Positions 47,377 to 57,563 are shown, counted from the stretch's first letter. The stretch: DNA of 64,000 nucleotides from Candidatus Woesearchaeota archaeon (GCA_046704725.1 JBJKRI010000008.1:67711-131710), one strand, 5' to 3'. The notes: generated from the sequence alone by a model not told the origin. Made by a program: numbers and translations.

Positions 47377-49053
47377 GTGGGACCCGATCTGCTCGGCTTT
47401 ACAGCGATACTCGCACTCACGACAATCATCGTGCTCGTGCTGCGGCTGCTCAAGCAACCGAGCATCATCGCGTACATCGTGGCGGGACTACTCGTCGGCC
47501 CCGCAGCGCTGGACATCGTCTCCCAAGTGAGTTTCCTGAGCACGTTCAGCAGCATCGGCATCGCCTTCCTGCTCTTCTTGGTGGGTATCAACCTGGACCT
47601 GCGCACCGTGCGCCGCATCGGGCCATCGGCATTGCTCTTAGGCATCGGGCAGATCGCCCTCAGCCTCATCCTCGGGCTCGGCGCCGCGTGGGCGATCGGC
47701 GTGCGCGGCGCGGAATCCTGGTACGTGGCCGCCGCGGTCACCTTCTCGAGCACGATCGTGGTCGTGAAGCTCCTCAGCGACAAGAAAGACCTCGACAGCC
47801 TGTCCGGACAGCTCGCGGTCGCGGTGCTGGTCATCCAGGACCTGGTAGCGGTCATCGCGCTGTCCGTCGTCGCCGCGGTGGGGAGCCACGGCGCATCGAG
47901 CCTGCTCGCCGTGCTCGGGAAAGCCATCGCGCTCGGCGTGGTGGCGTTGCTCACGAGCAAGTACATCCTCCCCCCGTTATTGCACGCGGCGGGCAAGAAC
48001 CAGGAGACGCTCTTCTTGTTCAGCATCACGTGGTGTTTCGTGCTCGCCACCCTGTTCTGGTCGGTGGGGCTGTCGCTGGAGATCGGCGCGCTGGTCGCAG
48101 GGCTCCTGCTCGCGAGCACGCCCTACAGCTACGAGATATCCAGCCGGATCAAGCCGCTGCGGGACTTCTTCATCATCTTGTTCTTCGTGGTGCTCGGCGC
48201 CCAGATGCACCTGGTCAATATAGAGAACGTGCTGGTGCCCGCGATCATCCTGTCTGGCATCCTGCTCCTGGGAAAGCCGCTCATCATCGCTTTTCTCATG
48301 GGACTGCTCGGCTTCTCCAAACGGAGCGCCTACCACACCGGAGGGACCCTCGCCCAAGCCAGCGAATTCAGCCTGATACTCGCCTCGCTCGGAGCCTCGT
48401 TCGGCCACGTGGCCCCACGAACCATGACCACCCTCGTCCTGACCGCACTGCTCACGATCACCGGCTCGGCATACTTCATGACCCGGAACACGAAGCTGTT
48501 CCGCCGTATCGGGCGCTTCCTGCCGTACGTGCAGCGCGGGACGCACCATCGCGAACCCCGTCGCAGCCACAAGGGGGAGCACGAGGTCATCATCTTCGGG
48601 TGCGACCGCGTCGGGAGCGCGGTGGTCGAGCACTTCCACAAGAGCGGCAAACCATTCCTTGTGGTGGACTACAACCCGGACATCGTGCTATCGCTGCAGG
48701 AACGCGGTGACGAAGCGCTGTTCGGGGACGCCGACGACGTCGAGCTGTACGAGGACATCGGTCTTGAGCGCGCGAAGCTCGTCATCAGCACGATCACCGA
48801 GCCCGACACGAGCGAACTGCTCCTGCGGCAGGCGCGGCTGCGCAACAAGGACGCGTACGTCATCCTGACCGCGTCCCAGCCCGAGGACGCGCTCGCGCTC
48901 TACGAGCACGGCGCGGACTACGTGATCATCCCCCACATCGTGGGCGGAGACCACGCAGCGGTCATGCTCGACCTCCTGTTCAACGACATGAACGGTTTCC
49001 TGCGCAAGAAACAGACGCACGTCGCGCAATTGCGGGCGCGCAAACGCACATAA
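47377..49053 (+). CDS. Kef-type CPA2 cation:proton antiporter with TrkA-N (RCK) domain
   Basis: FSSTIVVVKLL, QD, PLRDFF, QASEFS; IFGCDRVG..VDYNP..GDA. Confidence 0.93.
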   Translation: MGPDLLGFTAILALTTIIVLVLRLLKQPSIIAYIVAGLLVGPAALDIVSQVSFLSTFSSIGIAFLLFLVGINLDLRTVRRIGPSALLLGIGQIALSLILGLGAAWAIGVRGAESWYVAAAVTFSSTIVVVKLLSDKKDLDSLSGQLAVAVLVIQDLVAVIALSVVAAVGSHGASSLLAVLGKAIALGVVALLTSKYILPPLLHAAGKNQETLFLFSITWCFVLATLFWSVGLSLEIGALVAGLLLASTPYSYEISSRIKPLRDFFIILFFVVLGAQMHLVNIENVLVPAIILSGILLLGKPLIIAFLMGLLGFSKRSAYHTGGTLAQASEFSLILASLGASFGHVAPRTMTTLVLTALLTITGSAYFMTRNTKLFRRIGRFLPYVQRGTHHREPRRSHKGEHEVIIFGCDRVGSAVVEHFHKSGKPFLVVDYNPDIVLSLQERGDEALFGDADDVELYEDIGLERAKLVISTITEPDTSELLLRQARLRNKDAYVILTASQPEDALALYEHGADYVIIPHIVGGDHAAVMLDLLFNDMNGFLRKKQTHVAQLRARKRT

Positions 49054-49075
49054 AGGGCGGCGTGTTCTTCCCCCC

Positions 49076-49300
49076 ATGGATACCGTGCATCTGCGCGTCG
49101 GCAAGAACGGCATCACCGAAGGACTCCTCGAAGAGATCCGATCGCAGCTCCAGCGCACCGACCCGCTCACGATACGCCTGCTGCCGAGCTTCTGCGAGGG
49201 CAACGACCGCAAGGCGGCAGCGCAGGACATCGCGTCCCGCACGAAGAGCAGGGTGCTCAAGCTGACCGGCGGAACGCTCCTTCTCACGCGAAAGCGTTAA
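49076..49300 (+). CDS. yhbY: YhbY/CRM RNA-binding protein
   Basis: LRVGKNGITEGLLEEIRSQL motif. Confidence 0.85.
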   Translation: MDTVHLRVGKNGITEGLLEEIRSQLQRTDPLTIRLLPSFCEGNDRKAAAQDIASRTKSRVLKLTGGTLLLTRKR

Positions 49301-49326
49301 ATACGCTCCTTGCGCAGGAACGCACG

Positions 49327-50889
49327 ATGCGGACCTATCTTCCCGGTGACAGCGCGAGCATGCGCCCAGCAAGAGAACTCTTGTTCCTCCACGGCTTCCT
49401 CAAGGACGGCCACCCGCTCAAGAGCAAGAGCGAGGACGAGCGCAAGCAAGCGCTGAAGGCGGCCGACGGCGACGAGCGAAAGGCATTGCTCAGCGCGGTC
49501 GCGCAAGAGCGCATCGAGACCGCCGACGGATACATCAACACCACGCCGTACCCCGCGAGCGGCCTGCACCTGCGGCTCGTGTACGAGAGCCCGAACAACA
49601 GCCTGGAGACCCCGTACTTCTGGATCCTCGAGCACATGCGGCAGGACCGCGGCTTCTTCGATATCATCAAGATCACCGACGTCTATGCGGCGAGCGAGGC
49701 GAGCGCTTTCTGGGGAAACCAGCAGCAACGCATCAGCGCCCAGCAGAACCAGGCGCAGGGCTTTCTCGCCAACATCGGCAAGTTCGTGAAGGAGATATTC
49801 CAGATGGTGCGCGAACTGCGCATCATCGACGAACGCCTCGACGCGTACGAGGCGTGGAGCCACAAAGAGGACGACGGTTCCACGAGCCACAGCGCGAGCG
49901 CGGACGTCACGCTCAAGAGCCTGTTCACCGACCAGGTCGAAGGAGGCACGAAGAACCCGCAGAGCGTGTTCGGCCTCGCCCAAACGGTCGGCTTCACCAT
50001 CCTGCCGGACCTGTTCTTCAACACGCGCGTGTACAGCACGAAAGACCTGGAGAAGAAGGTCGAGACGCTGGATTACAACACGAGCGTCAAGAACGTGCTG
50101 CGCAGGAAGCTCTACCAGTTCCTCGTCTGGCGCGAGCGAACCCACAAGGAGCTGTTGAACAGGAAGGAGTTCAACATCCGCTACCTGCGGCAGCACTGGA
50201 CGATCATCAAGATGTACATGAGCTGGGTCAAGCCGTACCTGCGCAACGTGCAGCGCCTGCAGATGCGCAGCGACCTGGACAACGACCCGGACATGGTGAG
50301 CAGCTTCGACCAGAACATCACCGAAGTGGAATTCCTCGCTAAGCGGCCCAAGAAGGGGGGCTATTATCCGGTCGTCATCGTGAACTTCACCTTCAGGACG
50401 CGGCCGGACATGACGATTCGCCGCGAGTACCAGCAAGGCCCCGCGCACATGGGACGCATGGACATGAACGTGCGGGCGTACGCCTGGAACGACGACGAGA
50501 TCGCGGCCTACCAGAAGATGAAGCAGCACGAAGAGATCGAGCTGCTCGGCGTGCTCGACAAGAGCCTGCCCGAAGTGATGCGTGCGCTCGAGGACGAGTT
50601 CGAGAAGTACGTCCTCGACCAGGAGAAGACCGTTCCTGAACGCGATTCCGAGAAGGAGAAGAAAGAGAAGCGCGAGAGGGCCCGCGCCAACCTCAAGGAG
50701 ACTGCAGAGCCGTTCGTGGCGCTCGTGCAGGGCTTCGGCGAGGTCTTCGGCTTCCTCGTTCCCAAGATGGGAGGCAAGAAGGGCAAGAGGAAGAGCGGCA
50801 GCCGCGGAGGGGCGCTCGGCGACGCGAAAGCGAACGCCTTTCTCACCTGGCACATCTACAAGAAAGCCCAGCGGTTCCTCACCTGGTAG
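49327..50889 (+). CDS. conserved hypothetical helical protein
   Basis: 520 aa with strong codon bias; motifs LETPYFW, SEASAFWG, VELR-like VRELRIIDERL, YMSWVKPYL. Confidence 0.8.
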   Translation: MRTYLPGDSASMRPARELLFLHGFLKDGHPLKSKSEDERKQALKAADGDERKALLSAVAQERIETADGYINTTPYPASGLHLRLVYESPNNSLETPYFWILEHMRQDRGFFDIIKITDVYAASEASAFWGNQQQRISAQQNQAQGFLANIGKFVKEIFQMVRELRIIDERLDAYEAWSHKEDDGSTSHSASADVTLKSLFTDQVEGGTKNPQSVFGLAQTVGFTILPDLFFNTRVYSTKDLEKKVETLDYNTSVKNVLRRKLYQFLVWRERTHKELLNRKEFNIRYLRQHWTIIKMYMSWVKPYLRNVQRLQMRSDLDNDPDMVSSFDQNITEVEFLAKRPKKGGYYPVVIVNFTFRTRPDMTIRREYQQGPAHMGRMDMNVRAYAWNDDEIAAYQKMKQHEEIELLGVLDKSLPEVMRALEDEFEKYVLDQEKTVPERDSEKEKKEKRERARANLKETAEPFVALVQGFGEVFGFLVPKMGGKKGKRKSGSRGGALGDAKANAFLTWHIYKKAQRFLTW

Positions 50890-50919
50890 ATTCTTATAAT
50901 CGCGCTCCATAGGGAGCGC

Positions 50920-51642
50920 ATGCCGTTGTCGCCGCAAGAACGCCTCAAACGTCTCGAGGCGGTCCTCAAGGAGAAGGAGAAGAAGAAGCGCAAGCTCAGC
51001 GAGGAGGAGAAGCAGACCGCTGAGGAGGTCGAGAGCGCCAAGCGACAGGTCGCCGAAGGGCTCGAGGAATTGCGGCGCGACGAGGAGGTCGCACAGCTCC
51101 AGGAACGGATAGCGCTCTTGGAGAGCCAAGGACGCGGCGACGACACGATCGTCGCCGAGCTGTCGCGTCGAGGCATCGACCCGGGCACGTTGCAGCGCGC
51201 GATGCGATTGCACGCCCACGACCATCCCGGGCACGAGCACGAGATGCAGCTCGAACGCTCGCTCGAGGAGCTCGCCGAGGACGCTCCCGAGGAGAAGCGC
51301 GACGGCGGGGTCTCGTACGACCCGCGGCGCAACAGGGGACCGTTGTACGACCTGGCGTCACGGGCGCAGGGCGCCAAGAACTTCTACGAACTGGCGTCGA
51401 GGGACATGTACGATAGCCTCACGGAGCTCGAGCGGCAGGTCAAGAACAAGGGCTTCCTCGGCGAGGACGAATACAACACGCTCAACGCCTTCCAGGAACA
51501 GCTCGAGCAGCACCAGCACGGCTACCAGGACTCGGCCGCCTACGCGAGGAGGGAGAACGCGGTCATCGAGCGCATCAAGGAGCTCGCCGGGCAGCAGGGA
51601 CGCACCTTCTACGAGCGCCACATGGGCGGCGACCAATGGTGA
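50920..51642 (+). CDS. coiled-coil hypothetical protein
   Basis: E/K/R-rich heptads; TTATAA upstream. Confidence 0.75.
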   Translation: MPLSPQERLKRLEAVLKEKEKKKRKLSEEEKQTAEEVESAKRQVAEGLEELRRDEEVAQLQERIALLESQGRGDDTIVAELSRRGIDPGTLQRAMRLHAHDHPGHEHEMQLERSLEELAEDAPEEKRDGGVSYDPRRNRGPLYDLASRAQGAKNFYELASRDMYDSLTELERQVKNKGFLGEDEYNTLNAFQEQLEQHQHGYQDSAAYARRENAVIERIKELAGQQGRTFYERHMGGDQW

Positions 51643-51677
51643 GACAACCTTATAAAGGCGTTTTCCTGTAGAAGAGC

Positions 51678-53720
51678 ATGCCCGTGCCGAACTACCTGCA
51701 GCCGTCGTATTTCGGGGCGATGGACCAGAGCAACTACTTCGCGGGGCTCGACGCGGCCGCTCCGGTGTATATCCCGATCAACGCGAACGAGGGCATCGCC
51801 TCGAGCGGGCTCTCGGTCACGGACCTCGGAGTGACCAACCATCCTATGCAGAACCAGCTGCAGGCCTTGCAGGCGAAGATCCGGGAGGGCGCGAGCAAGA
51901 TGGAGTTCGAGTTCGCCGGGACGGGCAAGGGCAACAGCCAATCGAGCACCCCCGAATCCTACGGTCAGGAGGAACGCCTCATGATGCGAAAGCTCGCCGA
52001 GGAGAACAAGCTGCTCACGAGCACGCACGCCTCTTTCGGTGTCTCGGGCCTAGCGGGCATGGGGCAGCGCGGCTTCGACAAGCGCGCGCAGCAACAGACC
52101 GTGCAGGAGGTGCAGCGCGCCATCGATTTCGCCAAGGACGCGACGACGGGCGGCGCGATCGTCGTGCACACGGGCGAATGGCAGCGCCCCGTCTCTCACT
52201 ATTATCCCGACTTCGAGCAGTGGGACGAGGAGGACAAGGACGCCCAGCTCCTCGTCGTGGACAACGAGACCGGGGAGTTCATCCAGGGCATCACCAAGCG
52301 GCGCATCGTCGCCACGCCGCGATGGATGACCGCGAAGGACATGGAGGGACAGCTCAAGCAGGACATCATCGGCAAGCCCCGCGTGGACGTGTTCGGCAAC
52401 ACGCACGAAGGCACGATCCAGGAGGACGATTTCGTGGACGTGAACGGCAAGTGGATCGACCCGACAGAGACCGATCAGTTGTTCCGCCGCGTACCCGATT
52501 ATGACGAGGAGAACAGCCGCTTCAACGTGCGTGAACTTGAGTGGAACGACCTGCAGAAGGAGACGGAGAAATGGAACGAGAAGTATGGCTCGAAGAACGG
52601 CGGACGCGACCTGACCCCCGAGGAGTACTTCGCCCAATTGCAGATAGACAACCAGATTCTCCAGTCGAAAGGGCAGAGCACCTACTATATCCAGCCGTAC
52701 GAACGCGCCATGGAAGAGCACGACGCGGCGCGAAAGGCCCTTGAGTTCTACGAAAGCCTCGAGAACAGCCTTCCTGCCGAGGAGAAATGGCGGATCATGC
52801 AAGAGCACAAGGTGCTCGGAGGGCTTGCGCCCTCGAAAGAGGTATCCATCCCCGACCAGCTCCGGGAGGTCATCCACCAGACAGAGCTGCAGATGCGGCA
52901 CATACACGAGGCTTCGTCGGCGGCCGACGCGCGCGCCAAGGAACTGGAGCGGCAGCGCGGCAACATCCGCACCATCAAGGAGTACGGCCTCGAGCAGACC
53001 GGACGCGCGCTCGCGCGCCTGGCCATGGAGGCCATGGAGAAGACCGAGCAAGGAAAGAGGATGCGCAGCCCCGACGAGCGCTTCGACCCGTTGTTCATCG
53101 CGCCGGAGAACTGGCACCCATCCCAGTTCGGCAGCCACCCTGAAGAGCTCTTGGAGATCGTGCGCGAGGGACGAAGACAGTTCAAGGAGAAGCTCGGAGA
53201 ACGCGGCATCACCGGGAACAAGGCGGACAAGCTCGCGGAGACGCACATCAAGACGACGTTTGACATCGGACACCTCAACATGTGGCGCTCCATGCTCAAG
53301 CGCAAGCAGGGCGAGAGCGAGGAGCAGTTCGACAAGCGCTTCAAGGGTTGGGCGATGAGCCACCTGGACGCGTTGGACAAGGAGAACGCGATCGGACACC
53401 TCCACCTCACAGACAACTTCGGCTACAACGACGAGCACCTCGCGATCGGGCAGGGCAACGCCCCGGTCAAGGAGTTCGTTGAGTGGGCGCTCAAGCACAA
53501 GCACAAGGACTTCATCGTCGAGCCGGGCAGCTACAACGGCACGACGATCATGCCCGACGCGTGGTCTTTTCTCGGGGCGGTGAACTGGAAGCGCGGGGGA
53601 GCGCCCTTCCGGCAAGAGCACCTCGGGCACGCGGGCTGGTACGCCCCGCCCAACTATCTTGTCGGTGCGTACGTGCCCTCGAACGAGTGGACGCTGTGGT
53701 CGCAGGTCCCGCTCGAGTAG
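51678..53720 (+). CDS. xylose isomerase/AP-endonuclease-2-like TIM barrel protein with large insertion
   Basis: THAS, VVHTGE, APEN, TFDIGHLN, HLHLTDN..DEHL..GQG, IVEPG metal-binding motifs. Confidence 0.8.
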   Translation: MPVPNYLQPSYFGAMDQSNYFAGLDAAAPVYIPINANEGIASSGLSVTDLGVTNHPMQNQLQALQAKIREGASKMEFEFAGTGKGNSQSSTPESYGQEERLMMRKLAEENKLLTSTHASFGVSGLAGMGQRGFDKRAQQQTVQEVQRAIDFAKDATTGGAIVVHTGEWQRPVSHYYPDFEQWDEEDKDAQLLVVDNETGEFIQGITKRRIVATPRWMTAKDMEGQLKQDIIGKPRVDVFGNTHEGTIQEDDFVDVNGKWIDPTETDQLFRRVPDYDEENSRFNVRELEWNDLQKETEKWNEKYGSKNGGRDLTPEEYFAQLQIDNQILQSKGQSTYYIQPYERAMEEHDAARKALEFYESLENSLPAEEKWRIMQEHKVLGGLAPSKEVSIPDQLREVIHQTELQMRHIHEASSAADARAKELERQRGNIRTIKEYGLEQTGRALARLAMEAMEKTEQGKRMRSPDERFDPLFIAPENWHPSQFGSHPEELLEIVREGRRQFKEKLGERGITGNKADKLAETHIKTTFDIGHLNMWRSMLKRKQGESEEQFDKRFKGWAMSHLDALDKENAIGHLHLTDNFGYNDEHLAIGQGNAPVKEFVEWALKHKHKDFIVEPGSYNGTTIMPDAWSFLGAVNWKRGGAPFRQEHLGHAGWYAPPNYLVGAYVPSNEWTLWSQVPLE

Positions 53721-53754
53721 GACGCGCGTTCCAGGACGGGACGCTCAGGCGCGC

Positions 53755-54177
53755 CTAACACGGGTTCATGAACTGTCCGAGGAGCTGGTCGCCTTTCGCT
53801 ATGAACTGGATATCTCCGCAGATCGACCGCGCCGCAGGCGGGGACGGTGCGGCCTTCCCGGTCCGGATACGCTCGAAATATTGCATCGTTCCGCACACGT
53901 GGTAGGTGACGATGTACGGACCGTGCACTGTCCCGTTCGTCATCGGTTCTGCTCGGATATCGCTCGCGTTGAATGCGATGCCCTGCGAGGCCAGATACTC
54001 TGTCAACATGCTTTTCGCGGTCTCGTTCGACGACGCCTTGTAGGTAGCGTTGTACACCGGCTTCCAGATCAGGCATGGCCCGAATCCTACGGGGATGTTC
54101 GCTTCCTGCACTAAGACGATGGCGCCAACGAGCAAGAAGACTGCCAGGACAATGATGGCAATAAGTTCTTTTCTCAC
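53755..54177 (-). CDS. exported hypothetical protein
   Basis: GTG start at 54177 behind TTTATA; N-terminal TM; several Cys. Confidence 0.65.
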   Translation of the reverse strand: MRKELIAIIVLAVFLLVGAIVLVQEANIPVGFGPCLIWKPVYNATYKASSNETAKSMLTEYLASQGIAFNASDIRAEPMTNGTVHGPYIVTYHVCGTMQYFERIRTGKAAPSPPAARSICGDIQFIAKGDQLLGQFMNPC

Positions 54178-54279
54178 GCTCGTATCGGGGAACCGGCACC
54201 GTATAAACTTGTTGGTAGCCTGGCGCGACGGCTTTCGTCCCACTCGGTATTTATAAGCCACGCCTCGTTCCTCGCCCGC

Positions 54280-55527
54280 ATGGCGTTCCCGGACAGCCCG
54301 CACATCGCCCTCGGAGAGGGATCGCAGGTCGGTATCATCACGCTGTGGACGAGAAAAGAGCATGTATTGTCCAAGGTGCCGTCTTCCTTGTACGCCGTCG
54401 CGTCCCAGCTGTACAGTCGGGACGAGGGCATCAGCGCTCTTGTGCGTAACCTATTGGCGGACAAGCGCATACGAGACATCATCATCGTGGGGGCCGACCT
54501 GAACACCTGCGCAGAGACGTTGCTCGCGTTGTGGGAGAACGGCGTGTCCGACGGGCGCGTTACTGGTGCTGCGGGCTACGTCGATCCGGAGATACCGTCT
54601 GAAGCGATCGACCGGCTGCGCAAGAACGTAGAACTGCATGACCTGCGGGCCGAGAAGGACTACGCGAAGGTCGCCGCGTTCATCCAGAGATTGCCGAAGA
54701 AGGCTTCCTGGGGGAAGAGCGAGATGTTCCCTGAACCGCGCATCACGCCGCCCGATGTCTTTCCCACCGCGCACCAGCATGCCATGCGGCACGAGAGCAT
54801 CGACCGCGCGGCCATCGAGCTCGCGCACCTCACCGGGCGCTTCGGCGACCTGCTGAATGTGCAGGTGCACCTCACCGCGAGTGGAAAAGTGCCTGCGGAG
54901 CTGCAGGACCAGGAGGAGGCGTACACCGCGCATGTATTGTCGCGCGAGGAAGGGACGTACGGCGAGCGGTTGCACGCGGCCGGACTCGACGCGTTTGTCG
55001 GACGGTTGACGAGCGAGGACGTGTCCGTGCTCCTCGTGGAAGGAGCGTCGCTCGACCTGCTCGAGGTGGCGCGGAAGGACGGGCTGCATCTGTCCGCGCA
55101 CGCCCGGACGAGCACCCTGTCGGAACTGCCGCTCTTGTGCAGCGCGTTGTTCTCGCTGCTCGAGACGATCGCTTCAGAGCTCGATGAGACCGCGGGGACG
55201 GTGACCGTGACCGTCGGCAGGTTCTCCGGGAGTCCTCGGCGCCTGCGAGAGGCGTTGCAGGCGCGCGCGCATGTCCTGCGACGCACAGGGGATCCGCGCA
55301 GCAACATCCTCATCCGCATCCGCGACGGGCGCATCTGGGTGACGCACCTGTCCCCCGAAGGAAAACGCTTGGAGGAGTTCAGCGGCGAGAACGCGCGCGA
55401 CCTGTACAAGAGACTGGTCGTGGAGCACCGCATCACCGACCTGTCGCACGCAGCATACCTCGGGTACGAGCTCGCGCGCGCAGAAGAAGCGTTGCGTAGC
55501 GGAGGATTGTATGAGCAGGACGCGTGA
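54280..55527 (+). CDS. MtrA-like / degenerate thymidylate-synthase-like / DUF4346 fusion protein
   Basis: TLWT..QLYS..GISALVRNLLA (MtrA-like); TYGERL; SHAAYLGYELARAE (DUF4346). Confidence 0.7.
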   Translation: MAFPDSPHIALGEGSQVGIITLWTRKEHVLSKVPSSLYAVASQLYSRDEGISALVRNLLADKRIRDIIIVGADLNTCAETLLALWENGVSDGRVTGAAGYVDPEIPSEAIDRLRKNVELHDLRAEKDYAKVAAFIQRLPKKASWGKSEMFPEPRITPPDVFPTAHQHAMRHESIDRAAIELAHLTGRFGDLLNVQVHLTASGKVPAELQDQEEAYTAHVLSREEGTYGERLHAAGLDAFVGRLTSEDVSVLLVEGASLDLLEVARKDGLHLSAHARTSTLSELPLLCSALFSLLETIASELDETAGTVTVTVGRFSGSPRRLREALQARAHVLRRTGDPRSNILIRIRDGRIWVTHLSPEGKRLEEFSGENARDLYKRLVVEHRITDLSHAAYLGYELARAEEALRSGGLYEQDA

Positions 55528-56050
55528 GGAATCGTTCGCTGCCATCAAGGAGGCCTTCCAGAAGAAAGACGAGGCGCTGCTCAAGAAGGGGCAGTTGCCC
55601 ATGCGCAGCACCGAGCGCGGCTTCTGGGGCGTGAGCAACCTCGACGACGTGCACAGCTTCTTTTTGGCGAAGAAGTTCCCTTCAAAGACGCGTTTCTGCG
55701 ATCTCGGTTGCGGGGACGGGCGCGTGGCTATGGTCGCGTCGCTCTTCGTGGAAGCGACGGGGATCGAGTACGACAAGGAGCTCGTCGAAGAAGGGGAACG
55801 TTTGGCGAAGGAGCTCGGACTGGATGTGGAATTGCTGCGAGAGGATATCCGCGACGTGGACCTTTCAGCGTTCGACGCGCTCTACATGTACGCGGACCAG
55901 CGGTTCGATTTCCTCAAGAACAAATTGTTGCGGGAATTGCGCGGCACGCTCTACTTGTACCACGACACGTACCACCCGGACTTTCTCGAGAAAGGAAAGA
56001 TCTTCTGGGCGGGACAGATTCCGATCTTCAGCTACACGCGCAAGATATGA
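55511..56050 (+). CDS. class I SAM-dependent methyltransferase (DOT1-like)
   Basis: FCDLGCGDGRV, GIEYD motifs. Confidence 0.85.
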   Translation: MSRTREESFAAIKEAFQKKDEALLKKGQLPMRSTERGFWGVSNLDDVHSFFLAKKFPSKTRFCDLGCGDGRVAMVASLFVEATGIEYDKELVEEGERLAKELGLDVELLREDIRDVDLSAFDALYMYADQRFDFLKNKLLRELRGTLYLYHDTYHPDFLEKGKIFWAGQIPIFSYTRKI

Positions 56051-56472
56051 GCGTAGGGTCTGATGACCATGGCTTCATAATCTCGGGAAGAAAAATCGAT
56101 CTTCTCAAACTCCCCCGGCGCGATGCCATGCCCTCCGATCGCGGCATCACGCAGCGCGTGCCATGCAGCGTCTGGATCGCCATGGAGCGCTTCGTGGAAG
56201 CGCTGGAGGTACGCCTGCGGCATCTGCGCTCGAGCGCTCCATCCCTCATACGTGTGGTAGGCGCCGGTCCCGACGCGACGCTCGAGGCTGTACAATCTCA
56301 CAGAATCTATGGGTTCGATGCGAACCATGGAGAGCAGACGGCCAGGATGCTCTTCTGCGATGACCGCGACCCGTCCGTTCCGCGACGGAGTCGCGAAACC
56401 GAACATCACCCTTCCGTTCCGCTCGAGCTCAGCGCGCCAACCCGGAGCCCGCAACAGCATCTTGTCGCTCAC
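56032..56472 (-). CDS. hypothetical protein
   Basis: GTG start at 56472 behind TTATATA; fills the gap between + strand genes. Confidence 0.55.
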   Translation of the reverse strand: MSDKMLLRAPGWRAELERNGRVMFGFATPSRNGRVAVIAEEHPGRLLSMVRIEPIDSVRLYSLERRVGTGAYHTYEGWSARAQMPQAYLQRFHEALHGDPDAAWHALRDAAIGGHGIAPGEFEKIDFSSRDYEAMVIRPYAHILRV

Positions 56473-56569
56473 GGATGCGTTCTCTTGCGCGCGTATATAA
56501 TCCTGTCGACCGTAGCTCCTCGCGAAGAGTAAAGAACGTTTAAAAGGGTTCTTCGGGGGTGAGAGGACG

Positions 56570-57358
56570 ATGGAGTTCCCGCTCGAGCGCCGTGAGCCGC
56601 ACCAGGAAGAGTTCGACGAGGACGTGCTCGACGTCGCGTACGATTTCACGAAGAAACTGCACAAGGAGCTCGGCACGATCATGCGCGCGGTCGTCTTGTT
56701 CGGCAGCGCCGTCGAGAAGGACGATCCGCACGACATCGACATCCTGGTCATCATCGACGACATCCAGCTCGCCTTCACGCCGGAGCTGCAGCAAGCGTAC
56801 CGGGTCATCGTGGAGAACGTGGTGCAGGCGGTGAGCACGCGACTGCACATCACGACGCTGCGCTTCAGCAACTTCTGGGAGTATGTGCGCACAGCGGACC
56901 CAATCATCGTGACCGTGCTGCGCGATGGAAAGCCCTTGATCGACACGGGCTTTTTCACGCCGTTGCAACTGCTCTTGGAGCAAGGAAGGATCAGACCCAC
57001 GCAAGAGGCGATCTGGGCGTACTACGCAAGAGCCCCGCAACTGGTCATCGCGAGCAAGTGGAAGGTCATGCTCGGCATCATCGACCTGTACTGGGCGTGC
57101 ATCAACAGCGCGCACGCGGCGCTCATGGCGGCCGGCGTGACCCCGCAGACGCCAGAGCACGTGGCCGGGCTTCTGAAAGAGCACTTCGTGGACAAGGGAC
57201 TGCTCGAGGAGAAGTACCCGGGAATCCTCGAGAAACTGTATCGCCTGCAGAAAGACATCTACACGCGGCGCATCGAGAGCGTGTCCGGAGCGCGGTTCGA
57301 GAAGCTCCACGAGGAGGCCGACGACTTCGTCAAGCGCGTGCGCATCCTGCTCGAATGA
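56570..57358 (+). CDS. minimal nucleotidyltransferase fused to HEPN-like domain
   Basis: LFGSA..DIDILVIIDD; C-terminal helical AHAALM..PQTPEHV. Confidence 0.85.
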   Translation: MEFPLERREPHQEEFDEDVLDVAYDFTKKLHKELGTIMRAVVLFGSAVEKDDPHDIDILVIIDDIQLAFTPELQQAYRVIVENVVQAVSTRLHITTLRFSNFWEYVRTADPIIVTVLRDGKPLIDTGFFTPLQLLLEQGRIRPTQEAIWAYYARAPQLVIASKWKVMLGIIDLYWACINSAHAALMAAGVTPQTPEHVAGLLKEHFVDKGLLEEKYPGILEKLYRLQKDIYTRRIESVSGARFEKLHEEADDFVKRVRILLE

Positions 57359-57398
57359 TATCTCTCTTTATTGATACGTAGCTAGAATGCTATGGGCA

Positions 57399-57563
57399 CT
57401 AAGACCTTCCAACTAAGTAGAATAGGAAGGCGCCTAGAGCGATTAGCAGGACTCCACCAAATACGTTCTGGGTGAACCATTGATATATTCCCCAAAGGAC
57501 TAGCGCTAGCGGAACTCCTCCCGTAAGGAGGACGGATACATCGCCTTTCGCTTGTTTTTTCAT
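57399..57563 (-). CDS. putative 54-aa two-TM microprotein in an AT-richer patch
   Basis: Manual translation MKKQAKGDVSVLLTGGVPLALVLWGIYQWFTQNVFGGVLLIALGAFLFYLVGRS. Confidence 0.65.
   Translation of the reverse strand: MKKQAKGDVSVLLTGGVPLALVLWGIYQWFTQNVFGGVLLIALGAFLFYLVGRS

Noticed and set aside
54280-55527. Evidence for methanogenesis from the MtrA-like domain
   Set aside because: No other mtr or mcr genes; the domain is part of a fusion and lacks a membrane anchor
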